This document shows, piece by piece, positions 39,118-56,180 of a stretch of DNA of 64,000 nt; the stretch's first letter is position 1; every line of letters begins with the position of its first letter. The DNA comes from Perkinsus olseni (taxonomy: Eukaryota), in the NCBI GenBank assembly GCA_013115125.1, contig JABANN010000006.1:1-64000 (forward strand), given 5' to 3'. The notes beneath the pieces were generated by a model that was given only the letters and a program-made list of their open reading frames with translations, made no database searches and was not told the DNA's origin. The position numbers and the translations under genes were made by a program.

Positions 39118-40594
39118 ATGGCCCGCGCAGCCGATGTTGAGGAGCTCCTGCAGCTGCTCACGGACAGCCCGGATGGACTGACGAACGAAGATTTGGAGAA
39201 ATCAGGATGGGACAAGCAGAAGCTCCTACAGTGTTTGAATCCTCTTTTGCAGGTCGGCTTCCCGCTCGGTCGTGCTGAGAAAGTGACTCCATTTTAGGCG
39301 GGCCGAGTTGATATCTCGAAGACGTCGGCCGGCAAGCTCCTCTATACAGCGGTGCCTGCGGAAATCGCGCAGAAGCTGAGGGGTTTGGACCAGACGTTTA
39401 GGATGATTTATAAGCTCATCAAGATGGCAGGATCGCAGGGGATATGGAATAAGTAGTAGAATGCGTGAGCGAACACTGTGTGAGGGGTACAATGTATCAC
39501 CGGTGGCGTCGCTGTCCCCAGTTTCTCCGGCCAACGGCTCCTGAAAATTCTCAGTGGCGGGAATGCAAAACATTCGCGGGTCATTGCTCCGCTGTAGGGA
39601 CTTGGCAACGCGTGCAAACATGGAGCATAGGATAGCCTCGGGAAGCGTAACGAAGATATGCTCGCAACTGGAGGCACGACGGTTAATCAAGAAGGTCACT
39701 TCGGTTCAACATAAATCCCGGAAGGTACTACTTGACGGTTCTCTATCGTGGCAGGACCGAGCTCGGATCCTCAGGGAGTGTCCAATAGGCCTTTCCGGGA
39801 ATTCAGGAACGCTCCGAGGATTTATTTTATCGTTTGAAATGGATCGTGGGAGCGCTGTTAAAACTCAAAGGAGGTCTACTGAACACTGGGTCTGCTTCGG
39901 GTGGCGGCTCGTTTGAAGTTTATCGTCTGTGAGACGCTGTGATGAGTTGGTTGAGATCAGGTATGGATGTTGTACGAGTTAGAGCCTAGCAAGGAGGTCA
40001 GTGGTGGTAACTGGTACCGGGACGGTCGATTGGATACGGACTTGATCGAGCGACTGCGGCAATGCTGCCTCGATTACATCACCAATCAGAACCGGTAACC
40101 GAAAAATGGGGCGATGATTTGTCGTACCTGTGTCTTCCTCAGGGCTGTTACTTGTGAGGACGTTCATCGGTACGTTGTCTCACAGGGAGTGTCGCACATC
40201 TCCCACAGTGTCGAGGAGATTGGTGATGTCCTGCGCAGCCTCGAGCTGGACAGGGTCATCATGGTAGTCCCTTCAACGGCGGGAGACTCCATTGCAAAGT
40301 AAGGCTCCTATCTAGCACGCAGTGTCTTCAGTTTTCCATCGTCTCAGACAGTGCTACGTGTCCCGACCAGCTAACTTGGGCTTGGACTACATAACCCGTA
40401 TAGTAGATGTACCATGCATTGCTTGCCCTGTGTCCGCCGAGTGTGTGGTGGGGGGTCGGGTCAATCCCGAGGAGTGCCTCTATCTATCCAAGTGGCTAAG
40501 TCTTAGCGGCCGGACCAGTGACACCACCGATAAGGACGGGGCACCAGCGGCTGCTTCGGCTAATGACGGCGGAGGGTCCAAGGATGCTTTATGA
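39118..40594 (+). CDS. POLR3F: RNA polymerase III subunit RPC6/RPC34
   Basis: IYKLIKMAGSQGIWNKDL, LEARRLIKKVTSV, WMLYELEPSKEVSGGNWYRDG and the C-terminal Fe-S motif PCIACPVSAEC...NPEECLYLSKWL. Confidence 0.92.
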
Positions 40595-40807
40595 GATACT
40601 CCTGCTGCTCCTGCCAACGTCGTTTCTACTGTCATGCCAAATCTTTTCGTTTGTGACGGGGCTAGTTTGACTCCCTTCTGGGCATTGCGACGCGTCGCCG
40701 CTGCGATTCACTCTCGGTGGCGTGTCAGATGGTAATCTGCAGTCCTTCCTGAATACAGTAGAGGACGCAGCCTTGCTCACTCAGTAGAATTAGCGTAGAG
40801 TTACTCG

Positions 40808-41763
40808 ATGTCTTTGTCGGCCTTCTTCACCGACAATCGTCTGGCAGCAGCAGCACCGCGTCAGGTGAGTTCATGCGCATCGGCGGGCCCTGGAACCCTT
40901 CTTCTGCTTCTCTTGGGAGCCTCCTCTCGCAGGGTGCTGAGTCCGCGTGGATTGCTCGGCCACGAAGACAGGAGGACCCGGCGCTACGAGCACGACAAAA
41001 GGAGTTCTTCGCTTGCGAGCCTAGTGAGGTAGCCTTGGTTCGAGCTCTCTACGACCACTGCAAAACTCCGGGTTTGAATTGTGCACCATCGACCTTCTTC
41101 CGTCGTTAAGGTGTCCTCTGGCATCACTGAAGCTTTTGCTAATGCCTACAAGGCGGTGGCGAAAGAATTTTCGGCTGCCACCAAGGAGATGCAACCCCAG
41201 GTGGGTACTTCTCGCTATTTCGAGATTCCTACAGCGGTTTGTGGGAGTGCCCCCGACGCCGGTCGCCCATGGAACGCTGTTTCAGCCGAACAACGCGACC
41301 TTGAACAAGCTGAAGGCACGAACGGAGGAGTCGGCGAGTGTACTCAGTGACATCGTTCTTAATGTAACTCGTCCGATTCCGAAGGGGTAGAGCAACTTTC
41401 TCGCTTCGTCAGGGTTTGATGTATGTAAGGGAGGAGGACATCGCCAAGCCAAGGCAAACTGGTGAGAGCGGGACATGCGAGGGAGGGTCTGACTCGTGAG
41501 ATGCCAGATCCGACCGGGGAGGAGGCGGAGCTGAAGGCCCTACAGGACCGCTATGCGAAGTTGGTGGAGGAAACGGCGAAGGCGAGATACGACAGCGGCG
41601 GTTGAAGGGAGGATGCTGTTATTGTTGCTAGGCCGAGCTTAGATGTCGCAATAAGAGGGAGCGGGAGAGGAAGTTGAGAGACTACATAAAGATGGAGCAG
41701 ATCGTCGTCGAGAAGCTAGAACACATGGACGAGAGAATGGCGTCTTTGCAGCAACAGAATTAA
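40808..41763 (+). CDS. Small coiled-coil protein, candidate kinetochore Mis12 homolog
   Basis: The spliced product contains KEFFACEPSEVSSGITEAF...LSDIVLNGLMYVREED...ELKALQDRYAKLVEE..., ending QQQN*. The resemblance to Mis12 is by eye only. Confidence 0.55.
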
Positions 41764-41952
41764 TCTGAATCACCAGCTTAGAGCTTCGAGTTTTGACTGT
41801 CCCTGATGTGTTCATTCACAACGTCTGACGCAGAGTTTTTAATGTCATCTACGTCAAGCAGGGACAGGTCGGAGGAGGCATCCCCCCTGCCGTCAGTGCG
41901 GCCTCCGATTATTGGGCCGCCAACTCGTGATTTCCCATCCCTATGTCGCTCG

Positions 41953-44454
41953 ATGGGATCAGAGCAGCCGCAGGAGGCTGAGCAGGCCCAGAGCCGACTT
42001 GAACAGGTGCGAAGAGGAGGCATCGATCCTCGCTGTACCAGCGCATCTTTAGTCTGAGGGGCCAGAGTCAGTCTTGTTGTGACGGTGGCCTTTACGTACT
42101 CCCTTCTGAATCAAAGGCTTTGATGGTCCTGGCATGCTGTTCAGCTCCCCATTCCCACTCCGGACGAGTCCATCTTCGCAAGTAGCTGCCAAGAGCTTGC
42201 CGGCGGTGACGATGAACTGGCAATACGAATGCGGAAGCTAGGGGAGCTATTGCGACTAGAATCCAGGCAAGCAGCTCGCCTCCTCTTGGTCCCTGCACGG
42301 CTTCTTCTATGTGGCCCGGATTGGGTTACGTGAATTGGTTTAATGCAGCTGTAAAGGTCTCCCGTGGAGGTAGGCTAGTAGTGTTGAAGGTTGGTCTTGC
42401 TGTTCAGAGAGGAGCCTACCAAGGACCCCATTGTGGCCTCGTCATTGGCGAGTTTCTGTTACGTAGCCTGCTACCCGCCGCAGGGCTCCTTGAGGCAACC
42501 GTTGCCTTTATCATTGATATATTTGACATCTCTTAAGCTTATGAGAACGTAGGAGGGAAGAGGAGCCCCTCGTTCTGATGAACCCGTGGCGGCTCTGTCA
42601 GGTACGCACCTGGCCTGCTCGCACCAGGTTTTACTGATGACCCTCTCAATGTGCCCTTCGAACGTCTCGTTCGATTCCACGACCCCATCCTGTGGTGGCA
42701 CGTCACTCAAGGCGGGACCACGTCTTGGACGCTGGGAGAGTCCCGAGACTTCCTCCCTAGCCTCTTTGCTGGCCCCTTGAGCCGGCAAGGGCATCCTGAG
42801 ATTTGCCAGGCGATCTGGTCAAGGCTTGCCCGGGACTGGGACGTCGTTGATGCGGTGTTCTTTGCTCTCGCCTGGGTGTTGCGGCACTCTGAGGAGCTCC
42901 GCAAAATTGAAGACGTTAGAACGTAGGCAAGGCTGCCGCTTCCTTCCTAGCTTGTTTGTAGCAGGCGTGGAGGTGCTGTTTTGTCTTTGGGCTCGACTTC
43001 GGAAGTTGATGAGATCTTTGAGGCTTCCGCCAGTTTGAAGGCGTTCACACCTAAGAGTGTCTTACGCGCCCTCCAGCACACTATTTGCGACGGCCAAGGT
43101 GAGCGAAATTTGCGGTGGAGGTCTCGTCACTGCTCATATTCCGCGGGTCCGTGTAGAACGCAACCAGGGTAAACGTGGTAGATAAGTTGGGAATCAATGG
43201 TATGATAGGAATTGGCTAATGGTAGACAGTATGTAGCTTAATAGTAGCGCTCGCCCTGACACAACTCATAGTCTTGTGGTATAACAGTCCGTCAGATCCC
43301 AGTGTGAAGGACTGGAGCCCGAGTGTTCCCTGCCTACTTGTCGGCCCCGATGACGCCCTAGCGGCGAGCGACGGCCTCAATACGGGGCAGCTCTGTGTGG
43401 GTTGAACGAATCCAATCTGGAGCATGCTTTCCTGTTTCCCGTCTCCCTCTTCGTCTCAACGTCGTCCGCAGGTTCTCGTTGACGTGCGAGCTCCCCGTTC
43501 CCGCGCCCTGCAACCGTCCCTGCGTGGATCTATGGAGTTCGACCTGGAGTCCGCCGGATCTGCTCAAATAGCTACTTTCGTCAATCGAGCCATTGCAACT
43601 CAAAGGACTTACGCTGGGAGGGAGCTTCCGGGCGGCAAGCGTGGATGCGTAAGATCGGATATCCTCCGACGCACTGCGAAGATTCACGTGTCGTCATCGC
43701 CGCTGTAGATGACTTGTCTGCCGTCAGGTGATGCTTCTACTGTATAATGACGGTGGCTCATGCCCACGAGACTCTGCTCTCTACACGGTCATCTCTCTCC
43801 TCATCGAGGCAGGGGTGCCCGGCGTTGCTCTACTACAGGGAGGGTGCGTTCAGTGACCTCACTGTGCCCTTAGAGGTACTCTGGCTCAGGTACGCGGCCG
43901 TGGCTGAGCTCCGTGGGGACCAACCTCTTCCTTCCCAGAAGGAGATCCTGTTGGGACAGGTTAGCGAGACGCTTTCTACTCTGCAAGAGACGGCAAATGA
44001 GAGCTTACGACTAGCAGGCGAGAGACTCCAGGGAACTCGTAAGGCCTCCGGTCGCACGTCCACTGACTTCGTCTGCCAACGTTCAGGGACTCAAACAGCT
44101 ACGAAAATCGATGAGGTCCGCATACGACTTGGCGACGTCACAACGACGGCGGCAGCCAACGTGAAGACTCAATCGGACGCTCTGGCCGCGACTGCGAACG
44201 CCACCTTCGAGAGATTGCGAGGCATCACAGCCGACCCGAACAGTTGGTGGGGTCAGGCTTCCTCTGGTTTCAAGTCCGTGGCGAGCAGAATGCAGCAGGC
44301 TGTTGTTGCGCAGAGCCCGAACGGAGAGTCTGAGCCTCTGGTAGACTCTCGAGTACCGAGCGAGTATGCAGTAGAAGCACCGCCGAGTTTGAGCTTCGAT
44401 CGAGCCCCCAACCCACCAGCCTTCACGCCGTCTTCTTCTGGTGAAGGTAGTTGA
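41953..44454 (+). CDS. TBC (Rab-GAP-like) plus rhodanese-like domain protein, TBC1D23-like
   Basis: RLVRFHDPILWWHV (TBC-type HDP motif), IWSRL, then VLVDVR...LRGSMEFD...KIH (rhodanese-like), and a low-complexity tail ending GEGS*. Confidence 0.55.
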
Positions 44455-44614
44455 ATCTGGAAAGCATCATTGATATTCACTTGTGACTAATTACCGTGTC
44501 ATTGAGTCCTCTTGGTGTTGGACTTGCCAATACTCCTGGCCAGTAGTCCTGGGTTCTGGGGTACCGTTGGCGCCTAGCAGTGTACAGGGGCACGACGCTC
44601 GAGACCAGTATAGG

Positions 44615-44664
44615 GGAGAGCGAGTCGTTAGTCGGAGAGCGAGTCGTTAGTCGGAGAGCGAGTC
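44615..44664. repeat. 19-bp tandem repeat (ggagagcgagtcgttagtc x ~2.6) just upstream of the GCP4 ATG
   Basis: Two exact units plus a partial third. Confidence 0.9.
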
Positions 44665-44682
44665 TGCAGTTGTTATATCCCT

Positions 44683-47600
44683 ATGCTACACGATCTGCTA
44701 ACATCACTCCTCGGGTTGGAAGGGGATTTCGTTGTCAAGCCGATCAAGGCCAGCGGTTCACAATCAGGGGTGAGTTCGCGGGCTACCCTCGCGGCCGTTC
44801 AGCTGAGTATCCCATCCATTCAAAGCAGCCATTCCGAACCTGTGGAAGCGGTCTGTAGTCTGATAAGGCCCTCTCTTTCCTCAGGAACCCGATAACTACC
44901 CTTCGTTCGAGCTAGCCCCGCTAGCCTTGAGCAGGTTGTCTGACTCTCAAGTCCTCTCAATCAAGCCCCTACTCCATGTCGCCGGGTAGCATTCTCGAGG
45001 CGGGATCCTCCCCTCTTCTCTCTGAGTCGATCAGTTGGCGCTGGACATACTCTCTTCCTCCAGGTTGTATTCCAAGATTTCTGCTAGTGTTGAGGCTGTG
45101 CTTACCTCGATACCTGAACCCCAGCCGGAGCCTTATCATTACACACTGGCAGACACTATCGACTCGGTCGTGCTGGAGCCGTACAGGGACAGGATCTGTG
45201 AGATCGAGGGCGCCTTACTGCAGCACGATGGCCTCTTACCAGTCACTTACCTAGTAGCTCAGCTGCGTGACCAAACGGTTCTCCTCAACTTTTTCTCTAG
45301 TCTTCTCGACGATGCTCGGTCAGTACGGGGATGCGTCCTACTCGATCTTCTCTGGTCACGCTACCACATTCTGCCCGACTCTTCGCCGATCCGAGCTCCC
45401 CTCGGATTTTGCCTCGACGCCTTGGGCGAGCTCTTCTTCTCGATGCTCTCCAAGTGGATAGCGTTCGGGCAAGTCCCCATGGTGGCCGATGTGTTCTTCA
45501 TCGCACCGACCAGCAAGGACTACTCAGTTGTCGAAACGGAGTCCGCTGGCTCTACCGCTGTCGAGATTCATCACCATCTAATCCCAAAGGGGATCATCAG
45601 TCCCTCTCTGGCAGACAAGATACTCTTGTGCGGCTCAGCCGTGAGGGTCTTAGGGCTTTGCAACATCGTGGACGACACGAGCACGAACGCTGAGAATCTC
45701 AGCCGACTTCGACAGTTGAATGTTTTCTTCGACTGCACTGAGACGGGGGGCTTCAAGATGACGGCTCCCGGCTGCGTCCGGTACATAGAAGCCAGCGTGG
45801 AGCGTGCCCGAGCCCTCCTCAATGGCTGGCTGCGTGGAGCGGTATCGCCGACTCTCTTAGAACACCTCTCAGCTGTGAAGGGCCTCTACTTGCTGGGAGA
45901 CGGCGGTTTCTGGCAGACCTTTCTGGAGGAATGTGCGGAGTTGACAGTCGCGCGCAGAGGAAATGTTTCAGAGTGAGTTCCGACTCTGCCGCTAGGGAGT
46001 ATAAGGTTATCCTAGGCACGACTTGTCAGCGGGGCCGTGGCAGCTGGCCTTAGCGGAGCATTTCACGGAGACCAGCCACCAGGGGAACCTTGCATCGCTC
46101 CGTCTCCTCCCCTTGGGATTCGCCTACGCCAGCAAGCCCCTCTTCAACAGTAGTGCTCGTCTGGATTCCATCAGCTCAGCGTGCATCGCGATCCTACTGC
46201 TGCCTCCTTTGAGGTTATCGTATACGAATTACTGTGCTAGCGAATGCCCTCCACCACGCCGCTGATGACTTCAACCACCCAGTGTGTGGTCGCCCGCACG
46301 CAGCGACAGATCTGCGGGACTTACATTGAATGACAGTTACGAAACAGTCAGCAGGAGCCGTTCCCACTATTGATTGGGAGCTCGCCTGCAAGTCCAGTCT
46401 GTGTTTGGTCGGGACCGCCAGACTCAGCGGCCAAGGTAGCTCCGATCGCGTAAGACTCCGCGAACCCTTTCCACGGGTTCGTGCAGGTGTCGCTGAGCTC
46501 CTCCGTCTGGGTAGTAGTGGCCAGTGTTGGGCGACTAATCGTCAGCTGGTAGCCCGAGGAAGGTTCTCCACGGAAGTCGAGTTCATCGCGCCCGAATCAA
46601 GTTCGACGTCTTCCAGTACTAAGGAGGGCTCTATGAGGTGAGAAGGCCCATGACAGGCGCAGCAGTCCTGCATAACGCCTCAATTGCAAGGAATTATTCT
46701 CAGCTTCGTCGTTCTATACCAACACATCCACTCGCCGTCTGAGATCGTCGTCGGGTCAGCTGGATGGTCCCCTCAGCCCAATGGAAAACCTTGGTGAGAT
46801 CCTTCACTCTCCCATCCACGTATCCCTTCTGGGTTCGCTCGTCCGCCGAGTCATCAGAGGCGACTTCCGTCTTTCGCCCTCCTCTCCGGCAATTTCGCGA
46901 TGTCAGAAGTTCGTCCAGCTGTCCCTGAATTCATGTACTCCGCCTTCCCAACCTCCCTGGGCGTTGAAGTCCGGGCTGCACCGACGATGCTGGGCTCGTC
47001 CAAGACCACTGAGTTCGAGGTTAAACTCGTATTAACCAGCGAAGGTGGGCTCGTGATCGCAATTTCGCTTTCTCTCGTACTTCTACGACAGCGCCCCCGC
47101 GGGATCGATCCAATTGGATTGGGAATTTTCTTGCTGTCTTCAGGCAACCGTTTGCCTAGCGTGTTAGCCGGGGGAAAGTCGGTGAGCCCCGGATACCGCA
47201 CCACTGCAGATGACTCTTTCCGGACACACACTTTGAGTATAACAAACGACACCGTGAAAATCGACGAGGTGCTCGTCTGCAAGTTCCGGCTCCCGTCCTC
47301 ATCACCGATCATGGCGGATTCACGGAGCGGTTGGAAACTAGACGGGCTAGGTTGCTGCTTCCTGGGGATCTGTTCGACTGACTCCGCCAATGGGAATTCC
47401 TACCTGGAGATCTGCAAGTGGTCGCACACTCAACCAGGCTCGGAGTCACGGAGTAGTTCTCACGGGAGCTCATGGCTCGATCGAGTAGTGGTAGTCTACG
47501 AGCTTCCCTGGCCCCTGCCTCTGATCATTGGCACCGATGAGTTCACGAAGTACTCCGTCATACTGCGTTCTCTTCTCTCATTACGACACTCTGCCCTAGG

Positions 47601-48564
47601 ATTGGACACACTGTGGCAGACGCTAACTCGCCTTTCGCGCCGCCAGCGAGAGGCAAAAACACTTCCATGGTTGACCCACATCCTCGCTGTGAGGGCGCGG
47701 ATGGCCGCTTGGCTGTCCACCGTAATTCAGTACTTTACGATCGACGTTATCAGCGTTAGATATGCGGAGATGGTCAAGAAGGTGTCGCTTTCAACCACCG
47801 ATTTTGACGGGATAGTCCGAGCTCATCGCGCTTTCTTGGCCGACATACTCTCCAAGTGCTTCCTCGAAAGCAACGCTCGGTCCCGGAAGATTCGCTTGTC
47901 GATTGAGAAGCTCAGCCGAGCATGTACAAAACTAGCTGCCCTTGGGAAGCAGGGCATCTTTGATGACGCTTTGCCGAACGAACGACTCGGAAAAGCTATC
48001 AAGTCGCTAGAGGACAAGTTCGTTGTCGGAGTCCGTGACCTGATATCCCTTCTGGATGATATGCATCTGACCAGCAGCGAGAGAGCTCATTCGCTATCGC
48101 AGCTCCTACTGAGACTGGACTATAATGAGTAGGCTGATGCCTCTTAGTCAACCAAGTGGCGGATGTTGGTCATTCACAGGGTTTATACGAGCCCTCCACA
48201 CACTTCCATCAACAAACCCTCGAACGCCGATACTATCAGGGCAGAGAGCGGAGGGGACGGTGGGAGCAGTGGAGCTGGAGGTGCTCGGCCTGCTTCGAGC
48301 CGTAGGCTAAGGTCTTTGCTCGAGTGCTCCTCAGGGCGCCGAGTTCACGAGGTGGCCGCTCCGGCAGTCTCCGAGGGAACGACGGTCTCAGCCGTCCATC
48401 CCGACAATGTCGAGCTGCAACACGAACGATCAAACCACATCCAACGTGGTAGGAGTACTCGCTTGAACGTGTCGAATGGTGGCGCAGTAGGCTCCGGTGT
48501 ACTCAGCAGCGAGGACTACGGTAGTCGAAGGAGACCTGGAACGGAGACAAGCGTAAGGGGATAG
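44683..48564 (+). CDS. TUBGCP4: Gamma-tubulin complex component 4 (Spc97/Spc98 family)
   Basis: N-terminus MLHDLLTSLLG, VLEPYRDRICEIE, RGCVLLDLL, LADKILLCG, HLSAVKGLYLLGDGGFWQTFLEE, YELPWPLPLII, AHRAFLADILSKCFL and LSQLLLRLDYN. The 3' end is uncertain. Confidence 0.85.
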
Positions 48565-50152
48565 CCGGAGTACACCGAGTGGCCGCCACGAGTGAAAATA
48601 TTCTGGCTACATATAGTGCACCACACCATGTAGTCTCGCCACGCGTCTTGTCCCCACGTAGCACCTTGAAGGCTACGACTCTGCTGCTGGTCTTGGGGTG
48701 CCAGGAGTTCCAGGTGGAGCCCAGGAATCTGTTTCGATGGATCCGAGGGAGATTCAGGAAGAGGCATCGAAGGTGCGGCGAGGATTGCTCCGTAACTTAG
48801 TCATGGGTTCCATCGCGCTTCAGACCCTCACTACGACTCATCGTGGGGGTCCTGGGCTTGATTCCATCAACCATTGGCCAGGAATCCATCAAGTTGATGG
48901 ATTCCTGGCCAATGGTTCATGATCCCGACGAACCCTCAGGTGCTCTCCGCATACGAGAAGTCAAAGGCCCTGTTAGAAAGCATTCGCCGCCGAAAGCTCC
49001 TCCGAGCGGCAGAAGAAGGAGGAGCGACCGAGTGATGCCAACCTCAAATGATATGTTGTTTTTGCATGAACAATTACGCTTATTGATGAGTTTCATTCGG
49101 ATGAAAGAGCTGACGTTGAGTCTTACAGTCTTGGTCCGCTCCACCACCTGCGATGGAGGCCGTCAGCAATCCAAGCGGCGCTGAATCAGCGGTAAGACCT
49201 TCAGCTACCAACTCAAGTGGCTTCTCGGACCACCTCGACAGTATTTGCGGTGCAATAATGTGCTCTCAACCGTAACGTGCAGTACGCGGTGGGAGGCGAA
49301 GCTCTACGGTAGTTGCTCCCTACCAGTGACCTAAAGTCCCTCGACGAGGTTACACTTTGCATCAATGTGAGCACATGAGGAGCCCCTTTCAGCGGTTTAG
49401 CGGTTTAGCCTTTCGCGGATGGCTTATCGATTTGCCTCCTCCGCTACGGTGGGCATGTCGGCCTTATAAAAAGAGAGTAGGCATCATGATGGCCTCGGTC
49501 GGTAGGTTATCTATCGTACGTTGATCGCTTGCTCGTACGATGCAGCTGCAGCTACCTATGGCGGTTTGAAGTGGTCGTAGAACGGCTAGCGTGTGCACGG
49601 CAGTGCGTACGCGTAAAGGGAGTTTCAAAACTTCGTGAACAACTTTGAACTCTTGAAATTTCTCAATGACCGACCGTACGAAACTGAAACTTTGTGAGCT
49701 TATTGTCAATATCGTGAGGAACAAACATGGCGAAATTGGCATTTCCGTTCGTGCTCTCCAAGGTGTGACCGCCAAAAGAGTTCATCACGTCACAAGGGCC
49801 GTGGAACACTGAAATTTTTTTCCTTCGAATTGATCATGTCTAGGGGTTTCCGAGTCCGCTGATTAACGTGAGATAAGTTTCCAGTCTCGTTTCTCATCCC
49901 AATGCCTCTCAATCAACTCAAGCCGAGCGCATCCCCACCAGCGTGAGATGAAACTGACAGGACACGGCATGCTCATTGGTCCCAAAAGAGAGATTCTTCA
50001 TCGGATGATGACAATGATGATGATGCGATCGAATATTGGTCAGTCAGTCAAAAGATCTGCATTGTGCGCAGCCGCACCGCAGATTCGATGTGAGCCGAGT
50101 GCCATCTTAACGGGATCTTGAGTACCACCAAGAATCTAGCACTTCGTTAGAG

Positions 50153-50413
50153 TCAGGCTATATTTACTGCGGAGCACAACTTGTTGTGTGTAGAGTAAAT
50201 AAGCGCATCGTAGGGAGAGTTTGGATATCTTTCGTGTGCGGTGCTGAGCTTGGCGTCGACGTCGAAGGTGTCATCTCCGAAGTCCATGGTTACATGGAGT
50301 ATGAGAATGCTGCCACAGTAGGTACCACTAGGGCCCGCCTCGACTTCAAGAGCGAGTAGACCAATGATGATAGCGGCCACCAAACGGCCAGCGAAGGCGG
50401 AGACGGAGCTCAT
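50153..50413 (-). CDS. Small secreted protein with PSGxYCG motif (possibly truncated), paralog of 9682-10072
   Basis: MSSVSAFAGRLVAAIIIGLLALEVEAGPSGTYCG...DDTFDVD. Confidence 0.6.
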   Translation of the reverse strand: MSSVSAFAGRLVAAIIIGLLALEVEAGPSGTYCGSILILHVTMDFGDDTFDVDAKLSTAHERYPNSPYDALIYSTHNKLCSAVNIA

Positions 50414-52152
50414 GGATAGTATGGTTTATAAAAGACTACCGCTATGGACAACAGGAGCATGCAAATGGACTGCTGCAAGCAGTTAGCATCGAGTGGTTGG
50501 GCTGGGTGCACGGATTCTTCAGTGCTGCACGGCGAATCGGTACTGGGTGTAAATCAGAAGAGCTTGACGAGTGGCGCAGAACAAGAGGGAAATCTTGCGA
50601 GTGTGAAACTCATGCAGGTTAGTTGGAGCGACAGCAGGTGAGTGACAGAACGTTAGCACTCAGCGAATACCCAGCTAGTCTAAGTTTCACTCATCTTCGA
50701 ACTGATAGCCTTGTCTGAGACATGGTGTTCCCTTATGCGCCTACAGCTCCTTGTGCATGCGTGCATAGCTCATTTCCGCTGTGGACCAATATGCTCGAAG
50801 ACGTGATCGAGCCGTCTATTGATACTATCGGGAGTCGATGAGAAGAACTCTCGCGAACCATTCCCTCAGGCAGATCTGGGTATACGATAGTACTCGCACG
50901 CGGGCCGACAAGGTTACAGAGGGCCAGCAGCTTTTATACTCGAAAGAATTTTCGAACCAATCCTCTGGCGCAGATACACATGAGCTGAGCGAAAGTCTTC
51001 GGCGCCCGCCAGTTGCTGTCTACTTCGCACGGGCAAAGGTACCACCAACAGCAATTAGAGGTAGATAGTAACCGAAGTCGAAGTACACATAAGAATATTG
51101 CGGGCCCTAGAGCTGCTATAGCTTAATCAGCAGGGGCAGGTTCGGAGGGCCTCCTATCACACCCCGACAGAGTAAGCTCGGGATGAGACTTCGTCTACTA
51201 ATTCCGCGTTGAATCAACGCCATTGACTATGAATACCAGCGAGGCAGCAACACTGTTGCTGCAACAGCGTCAGCTTGATAAGGCACTTGCATCACTAGCC
51301 GAGTCAACTCACACAAGGATTCAGTGAGGACATCAGACCACGCCCCTTCGACCAATGGTTGTCCGACATGACTATAAAATTGCAGTGGAGCGACGCGGGA
51401 TGCACCAAGCTGGAACCATCATTTTTGCTCGACTCTGAGTTGTCCTTCGGGAGTTCAATTTGGATTGGGTGATATTTTCGAAGTTAGTGAATAAAAAGCT
51501 CGAAATCGCGATAGAGCTTCCTGTTTATCTACGGTCTTGGGACTCTCAATGTTGCCACATTGGAGTAAAGGACTTCGCCTCTGGGGTGTTCCATGCCGCG
51601 GCCCATGGCCCTTTCACCAACCGATCAGCCTCAGAGTCGATAGGGTTGAAAGAACCTTCCATCGAGGAACGTGAATCACGCGTAATCTGTGCACTCCGCT
51701 GCTTCGTAAGATTCTTACAGTAAGAATATTACCGAACGAGCGTTAAATATGTCCTCAAGCGAGCGGAGATTGTCGCTTGATCTCCGTCTTGCTATCCATG
51801 TTGCTTCGAGCTGAATCCATCGATTCAGTGATTTGATTGAGGACGTCAAGCCTCGACGGTCGATCTCGGTCCGAGTCCTCCTATGATCAAGTCCGGATAT
51901 TACCAATATTGAGTGGCGTGCCATGAGGGCAGCTGCACGTCGAAACCGATGTCGCACTGCATGCATGCGTCATAACTGAGCGTCCTGTTGGTTACCCTTT
52001 TCGGGCTCATCCACGATTGACTTTATACTTGAGGAACACAACTTCCTCATTCTCTTGCATGCAAAATGAAACCATGACGATTACGGAAGCATCAGCAGCA
52101 CCCTCTAGGCTGAATCGCCCTGAAATAACTCAGTAACATGCGTATCCGAAGG

Positions 52153-55986
<3,834 letters not shown>

Positions 55987-56180
55987 GCTGGGGAACTAAA
56001 CTTGCTGTCAACCCTGAACGAACCCTCAGCAGCATGCGACAACATTGACATGAACACAACGCGCAAGGCCACAGAAATTAGTAATCGGCATAAGTCATTA
56101 ACAACGCCTCAGGCAACTGCAAGGGTTATAATACATACTACAGGGAAGACAATACGCTTTGGACGCAGAGAAGAGCGCCA

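Noticed and set aside
48579-49184. Exon-like ORFs after GCP4
   Set aside because: Could be a GCP4 3' extension or a separate gene. It cannot be resolved without cDNA.
49390-49410. agcggtttagcggtttagc, telomere-like
   Set aside because: Only about two units and not a match to TTTAGGG.
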